Below, in pieces: positions 58,001 through 64,000 of a DNA stretch of 64,000 nt. This stretch comes from Diplonema japonicum. Taxonomy: Eukaryota; Protista; Euglenozoa: Diplonemea. A program made the translations under genes and the position numbers. The notes under the pieces were generated by a model. That model ran no database searches, was not told where the DNA came from, and was given only the letters and a program-made list of their open reading frames with translations. The stretch spans positions 310,001 through 374,000 of the forward strand of contig OZ025741.1 in the NCBI GenBank assembly GCA_964019335.1. Direction: 5' to 3'. The first letter of the stretch is position 1; each line of letters begins with the position of its first letter.

Positions 58001-60106
58001 GTCGCTATCGCTGTCAGTGCTGTAGCTCTCCGTCTCGTCTGTGTCTGCGGTGTCGAGGGGCTCCACAGGGCGGATCGCAGCTGCCATGTCCAGAATGGAG
58101 TTCTGTTTTTGATTTTCTTTATTTCCCCCCCAACATACCATGATTCGTTCATTCTCAGCAGACAGCACAGACTCAACTGGTGCCACAGTCGCTGGCGAAA
58201 CAATTATAGGCACTGTGGGTGTGGTATGGTCAACCACAGGCACCGTAGGAGGGAGCGGCGCAGCAGGTGGTGTGGGGACCGTATCGGCAACAGGAGCAGC
58301 ACGGGTCTCGGCAACAGGAGCAGCACGAGTAGGCACCGTAGGAGGGAGTGTGGGAACGTCTTCCACAACAGGAGCCACCGTTTCCGTCGGGACGGGAATG
58401 GGGGAAACAATGGTACTCTTATCCTGTTAAAAAAAAAAAATTAAAATAACGCAACATATAAAAGGGCATCATACCGCCAAGCTAGAGAACAACAACGACT
58501 GGTCCTCCTTCTTTACCTCTTCCTTCTTTTCTTCCTCCTTCTCCTTCTTTACCTCTTCCTTCTCCTCTTCCTTCTCCTTCTTTTCTTCTTCCTTCGAGCC
58601 GCCATCGATCTCAATGTCAAACTTGTCGCCGCAGCCCGCAAGTGCTTCCTTCACCTCTGCAGAAGTGCTGACAGGGATTCCGCCGATCTTTGTCATGGTC
58701 ATGCCGGTCTTGACGCCAGCTTTCTCCGCAACGCCGTTGGGCTGCAGCTTAACCACCAACCCGTCGGTGTCCTTGATGCCAACCTTCTGCGTAGAAAGCT
58801 TCTCAATGCGCAAGACACAAGGGCTGGACATCAACTCGCGCTCTAGTGGGGGCGGGGTGGCAGGGACAACATTTTTAAGTGCTTCCACCTCAACCGCCGT
58901 GACCTCAGGTTTAACATCACGATACATACCAACCCCAAGTGGCCCGTTTTTGAATACAAAGTTATCCATATCCTTGCGCTCAGTGCAATGCTTGAAGTCA
59001 TCTGTATCCACAGGCTGCGAGGGGGCAGGGGTCTGGGGCTCCAAGAAGGGTACGGCTTTAAACCCTTGCGCTACCTTGTCGACTGCACTGTCCTCTTTCC
59101 TCTCGTCTTCTTCCTTCTTCACTTCTGCGGGCGGCTTGAACGCTGGAAAGGTGTACGTTTTCTCGGTTTCTTTTACGATGGGCTCCTTCGCAGGGGGCTC
59201 CTTTTCCTCTTCTTCTTCTTCTTCTTCCTGTTCCTCTCCTTGGATTTTTTCGTATTCTTCAGGGCATTCTTCTTCTTCGCCTTCCACCTTTTCCCAATCC
59301 TCTTCTTCTTCCACCTCCTCCTCCCAATCCGGTTCCTCTGACCAGTCCTTGCTGTCGAAGGTGGCTTCATCTTCTGGATCTTGTTTTATGATTTCTTGTA
59401 TGACTCGCTCGCTGTCACCAGCAAATGGGTTGTATGCACCCGTTGTGTCTTGTTGTGTGAAGAAGGTTGAGGTGGGTTTTGGTGCAGAGGAAGAGGTGAA
59501 GGGGTTCATGACAGGTGACGGGTTTCCAGTCGTTTGGAAGGGGTTCATGCCAGATGAAAGGTTTCCAGTCGTTTGGAAGGGGTTACTTACTTTTGCGGGT
59601 TCGGCATCCGCAGATGTGAACACGGAGTCAGGTTTTGGGAAGGGGTTGGCGGGCTCTACTTTTGCAGGTTCAGCAGGAGTGGGCATGGAGCCTTGGAAGG
59701 GGTTCGTGTCAGAGGAAGCGTTTCCAGTCGTTTGGAAGGGGTTATTTACTTTTGCAGGTTCGGCATCCGCAGATGTGAACACGGAGTCAGGCTCTACTTT
59801 TGCAGGTTCAGCAGGGGTGGGCGCGGAGTCTTGGAAGGGGTTCTTGGTGGGCTCGGCACTGTTTGTTTCAAATGGGTTCCCTGAATTAGTTGTCGCTGCT
59901 GGTGTTGAAGCGAAGAACCCAGCACCATCCCCTGATGGCTTGTGGCCCGCGTCCCCAAATGGGTTGCTCATTGCTACGTTGGTATCCCGCACACCAGACG
60001 AGCCAAAAATATCGGTCGTGTTTGCTGCTTTTTGGTTGTTAATTTTGTCGTTTTCTGTGCTGCTGAAGGGTCCCCCTGAGCCACTGAAGGGATTATTTGG
60101 ATCCAT
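55096..60106 (-). CDS. Large scaffold: NPF repeats - acidic tract - PDZ - coiled coil - SAM - PDZ - FG repeats - PDZ, ~1611 aa (introns 58424-58474, 58103-58138, 57191-57232, 57091-57136)
   Basis: Phase-0 GTATG...CAG introns join three tracked ORFs in frame. The first and last ORFs share near-identical PDZ-like domains (KVGIKD...VVKLQP.G.AE..G.K.GM..TK..G..V.TSAE). Confidence 0.78.
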
Positions 60107-60863
60107 TTTTTTTGTTCCTCTTTTTTTTTCCTCCCCCCCTTTTTTTTTTTTGGTTTTGCACGTAGAAAAAAAAGAAGAAGAAAAAAAAAGATGGGGAATG
60201 GGACTGGTGCTTTTTTTTTTCTTTTCTTCTTTCCCCCCCCCCTTCGTTTTTTGGTTATTGATTTCAATTTTTTTTTGTTTTTTTCCTCTCATCCTTGGTG
60301 TCTCCCACCCTCTCACCACTCACTTCTAAACGAAAAAAAAAAGGAAGAACCATAAAGAATAATAATAAAAAAGGGATAGTCAGAGGGAGAAATATAAAGA
60401 AAAAAAGAAAAAGAAAAATGGAGCGGAGGAGGCAGAGGAGGCAACAAAGAAAAGGGGGGGGGGCAAAATAAAAAAGAGACATTTAAGGGTACCTGCGGTG
60501 TGTGGCAGGACGCCTGATAAAAAAAAAAGGTGTCTTTAAAGGGAATCTGCAGTATAGGACAAGATCGCCTGAAAAAAAGGGGGGTAGATGGGGCATACCC
60601 GTGCAACAGTTCCTCACCCTCCTAAGGGGGGTCTGAAGCTACTCCGCTAAGAGTGGAAAACACGTGCTTTCTTTGTTCTCTCCCCCCCCCCCCCCCCCCC
60701 CCTCCTCTACAAAAAACCACTGAAGGACAAACATTAAAAAAAAAAACTAAAAACCCCACCATATTGTTACCAAATAAAAAAAAAAAAAAATCACCTACCA
60801 CTTAGTGGGAACCAACTGTAGGTTGCCTTAAGGCTTTTTTTTTTTTCTTTAAAAATTCAAAAT

Positions 60864-61838
60864 TCATATTTCCAAATTGATCTGATCCTCGCCCACTTGC
60901 CGGGGCGAGTCCTCAGAGAAAGGGTCCGCCTCGTCACCATCCAACGAGAAGGAATTACCATCCGACAGCTCCGGGGCTGTATCGGACTCCGTGTCCGAAA
61001 ATGCGGTAGAAGCCTGCGGGTCAAAGGAGTGAGAGAGACTGAGCGTGGTCTGAGGAATGAGAAGGTCGATGTGGTGGGGCCGCGCGTCCCAAGTGACACC
61101 ATCAACAAACACCTCACAACAGTGCTCCGGGGTGTCGGGGGCATTCGTTATGAGCCCTATACACCCCGAGTGAACACGCCTTTGATTGTCAAACTGAATA
61201 AGCGTCTTCACGATCACGAACGTGTTCACCAAGTACACCGGAGAGAAAACATCTTGATCGGACACCACCCATGCCCCCCGGGTCGTTTGTAAGAAGCACT
61301 TCCCCCCCACCACACAACCTCTTACAATGTCCACTGTATCTGTTTCAAGAAGCTTTCCTATAATAGGCCCGTCTAGTGTCATGGATGACCTTATGTTACA
61401 TCCTGTTTTTTGTATCACCTTGAGTCTTATGAAGGGGTGTGTTAGTTGTTCTGTGTTGACGATGCCTTCTTCTTCGTTTGCCCTGATTAGGATTTTTCCG
61501 TTGCCGAGGGTGCGGAGAACTGTGACCGGGGTGGAGGGTTGGAGGACTATTTCAGCTTCTGTTTGGGTTTCCATGATGGTTTCTGCAACGCAGTGCACGA
61601 CGTCGCCCTTGAGGCAGGGGGGCTCGCTGGTGCGGGTGAGGGTGGGGATGCCTGCAGGGGGTGCCCTGTCCATGACCCCGTGGAGCCCGTCGCGTACTTT
61701 CACTGCAGTCATTTCTTGTTGTTGTTGTTGTTGTTGGTCCGAGGACCTCCCCATGGTTAGCTCCATAACCTTGCTTGTTGCGGACCTCATCGCGTCATAG
61801 GCCCCGTGGCCTGCTGATTTAAGTTTTTGGTTTATCAT
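60864..61838 (-). CDS. Hypothetical protein with SH3/SH3b-like segments, 324 aa
   Basis: ATG at 61838 after poly-A; segments VTVLRTLGNGKILIRANEEEGIVNTEQL and GCNIRSSMTLDGPIIGKL...GAWV. Confidence 0.7.
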   Translation of the reverse strand: MINQKLKSAGHGAYDAMRSATSKVMELTMGRSSDQQQQQQQEMTAVKVRDGLHGVMDRAPPAGIPTLTRTSEPPCLKGDVVHCVAETIMETQTEAEIVLQPSTPVTVLRTLGNGKILIRANEEEGIVNTEQLTHPFIRLKVIQKTGCNIRSSMTLDGPIIGKLLETDTVDIVRGCVVGGKCFLQTTRGAWVVSDQDVFSPVYLVNTFVIVKTLIQFDNQRRVHSGCIGLITNAPDTPEHCCEVFVDGVTWDARPHHIDLLIPQTTLSLSHSFDPQASTAFSDTESDTAPELSDGNSFSLDGDEADPFSEDSPRQVGEDQINLEI

Positions 61839-61902
61839 TTTTTTTTTTTTTTTTTTTTTTTTTTGGAGCTCCCCTCCCCCCGTCTCCTCTTTCAAAATTA
61901 TA

Positions 61903-63184
61903 CTGTAAACAAAAATCACCGGAAGATAAAATGTCCGGAAGATAAAATGTCCGGAAGCTCTGGCGGTCCGGATATTTTTTCTTCCGGGCATTTTTTTCCT
62001 GGGACCCCCCTTTTATTAAAGGGCTGGACCCGAAAACAGATGAAACTAGTTTCTATAGCAACAAAAATCAGAGAATTGAATTACGGACTTTTCCAAGAAC
62101 TAAAAGACACCTCAGATCCTGATTGTTTGCTTCTACCACAAGCTTGTTGAACCAAACCACTTCTTGTGCTTGCTTTAGGGTTGTTCTTATTTTTTGCGGG
62201 TTTGCGTCATGGAGCCAATGTCCAGTATATCGCACCCTTCAATGGCTGCGTCCCAGCAGGTTGGAGAGTACTTTTCCCGACAATAGAACTAAGGGGGCGA
62301 GGAAAGGGCAGCATCTTACCTGTCCGCACGTCTGGCCGTCTTGTTTGCTGCCTTCGCAGTCTTGGCAGTGCGCCTGGCCTCGGCCTTAATGGCACAAATA
62401 GGTGAGGTCTGGGGGACAAACGCTAAGTGAACGTTTGTCTCTGAAGACAAGTTCACAAAAGCCTGCATAGTGCGGACATTGTAGTCATCAATGATGAGTA
62501 GGATGGGCTCGGTGGGTGCTCAGCCGATGACTCGATGAGGTTGTAGCAAAGGGGAGAAACAAATCTTTTACCCAGAGCCGAAGCGTTTCCTGGGTGGCCC
62601 AGTGAGATTTCGAAGCTGTTAAACTCCAGCCTTTTGGGGGGTGTGCAACACGAGGGACGGACCCGAGGTATTTCCTGCGAGCTGGTTCTGTTTTTCCCGT
62701 GTAAATTAACTGCGGGTGCAGTTTGCCACCAGTCAGGGAAACGCAAAACTGTCCGGTGACGGCGCGCTTGTCCCAAATCCCTAACCTTGACAACCTTGGG
62801 ACCCCTTTTCGTCTTCTTCCCAGCGGCAGCAGCTGGTCCATGTTCCAGGTCAACCGGCCTGATCTTTGTGAACCTCCTCGCTGCTTGGGTGTCTTTGGGG
62901 CTGAAGAGGTCAGCACCTGGAGGGGTCGCGAGATATGTCCTTCCCCTTTTTAGAGCATGCAGCTTTCGTCTGTTAATTTGAATTTTATTTTTGCCGTTCT
63001 TAAGACTCTTGCAACAGAAATATAAGTTTTCCAGACAGAGGGGGCAGTGCGTAGGGCAGGCTAGGTACCCCCTTAGAAAAGTGCCCAAAAGAATGTCCGG
63101 AAGATAAAATGTCCGGAAGAAAAAAATCACCGGATGTTTCGGCGGTCCGGATATTTTATCTTCCGGTGGATTTTTGTTTTACAG
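61903..63184 (-). mobile_element. Degenerate pogo/Tigger-like (DDE_1) DNA transposon
   Basis: TIRs CTGTAAA(A)CAAAAATC(C)ACCGGAAGATAAAAT flanked by TA, and subterminal CCGGAAGATAAAATGT repeats. Frameshifted transposase pieces WNMDQ, DKRAVT...QLIYTGKT...SHWATQET and ILLIID...LAFVP. Confidence 0.88.
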
Positions 63185-63665
63185 TATTTTTTTTTAAAAG
63201 CTTGCGGTATGGTGGTCGGGGGAGGGGGGGGGGGGAGGTTTATAAAAATCCGGAAAGAAAAGAGAAAAAAAGGAGTGGGGGGGGGGGGGTAGAAAGGAAA
63301 AAAAAGAGAGTGAAAAAAAACTATTCTTGACGTTATTTTTATTTTTTTTTTTTTTTGTGCGCACTTACAGAAAGGAGGGTAAGATTGGTTTGAAAAAAAA
63401 AAGTCGGTATTTTAGCATTTTTTTTTTCCGTTCACACGGTATCAATCCTGAGATAGGTGCTGCAGACGGCTAACATACTACCATTCTTTTTCTTTTTTGC
63501 CCTCAAAAGAAACAGAGCGGTACTTTTAAAGGGGGGCCAACCTTAGAGGGGGGAGGTTATGTAAACTGTGCAGTCAACGAATAGGCTTTCCTTCTTCTCT
63601 CTCTCTTTTTTTTTTTTTCTCTTCCATTTCCCTCTTTGGCACTGACAAATCAGATTTGGTATCAC

Positions 63666-63700
<35 letters not shown>

Positions 63701-64000
63701 GTTGCATTCCGTCATTTGACAACTATGTCTAGAGTGTGGGGTGTCCAGTCCAGGGCAGTTTTTTGTTTTCTCTTTTTTTTTTCTTCTGACTTTGGGTTGC
63801 TTTTCCTGCATAACGACCCTGTTCTTCTATTTTTTATTTTATTTTATTTTTTTTAAAGTATCTACAGTCAGGAGCATATGGAATAAAGGTATTCATGAAT
63901 TTCTCTTTGAGGGGAGTTTTTTAATTTCTTCCCCCCCCCCCATTCTCTCTGTTTTTCTTTTATTTATCTTTTATTTAAACTTCTTTTAACTTCCTTTCTT

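Noticed and set aside
58614-60329. Long antisense ORFs (also 887-1873, 25616-26989, 29557-30696)
   Set aside because: Shadows of repetitive or biased minus-strand coding sequence.
1-64000. rRNA, tRNA, SL RNA genes or prokaryotic defence systems
   Set aside because: None recognised; the window is eukaryotic protein-coding DNA.

Overview
Eukaryotic nuclear DNA, most likely from a diplonemid or another non-trypanosomatid euglenozoan (inferred from gene content and layout). All 18 protein-coding genes I can support lie on the minus strand as one directional cluster. Spacers are homopolymer-rich and several carry sense-strand pyrimidine tracts, as expected for polycistronic transcription with SL trans-splicing. 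The ORF track is misleading because many genes contain short GT-AG introns (35-90 nt, plus one microsatellite-expanded intron). I rebuilt 25 non-redundant introns by hand: most lack a polypyrimidine tract and are A- or A/C-rich, 20 of 25 are phase 0, and in most long genes they sit near the 3' end. After splicing, the genes are: a secreted Cys-rich repeat protein; an IQ-motif protein; a TOR kinase with a ~350-aa IQ-containing insert before FATC; a myosin fused to an ADP-ribosyltransferase-like tail; a stand-alone retropepsin; an Mpv17/PMP22 protein; a TM-anchored GFGQ-repeat protein; CLEC16A/TT9; MFSD13A; two near-identical PIP39-like DxDxT phosphatases; a Kv channel; two GPR107-like and one orphan 7TM protein; a small secreted protein; a large NPF/PDZ/SAM/FG scaffold; and an SH3-like protein. 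Intergenic DNA holds a decayed piggyBac inserted into a hairpin repeat whose empty copy is also in the window, a decayed pogo-like element, several MITE-like or palindromic elements, and two GC-balanced islands built from shuffled shared motifs.
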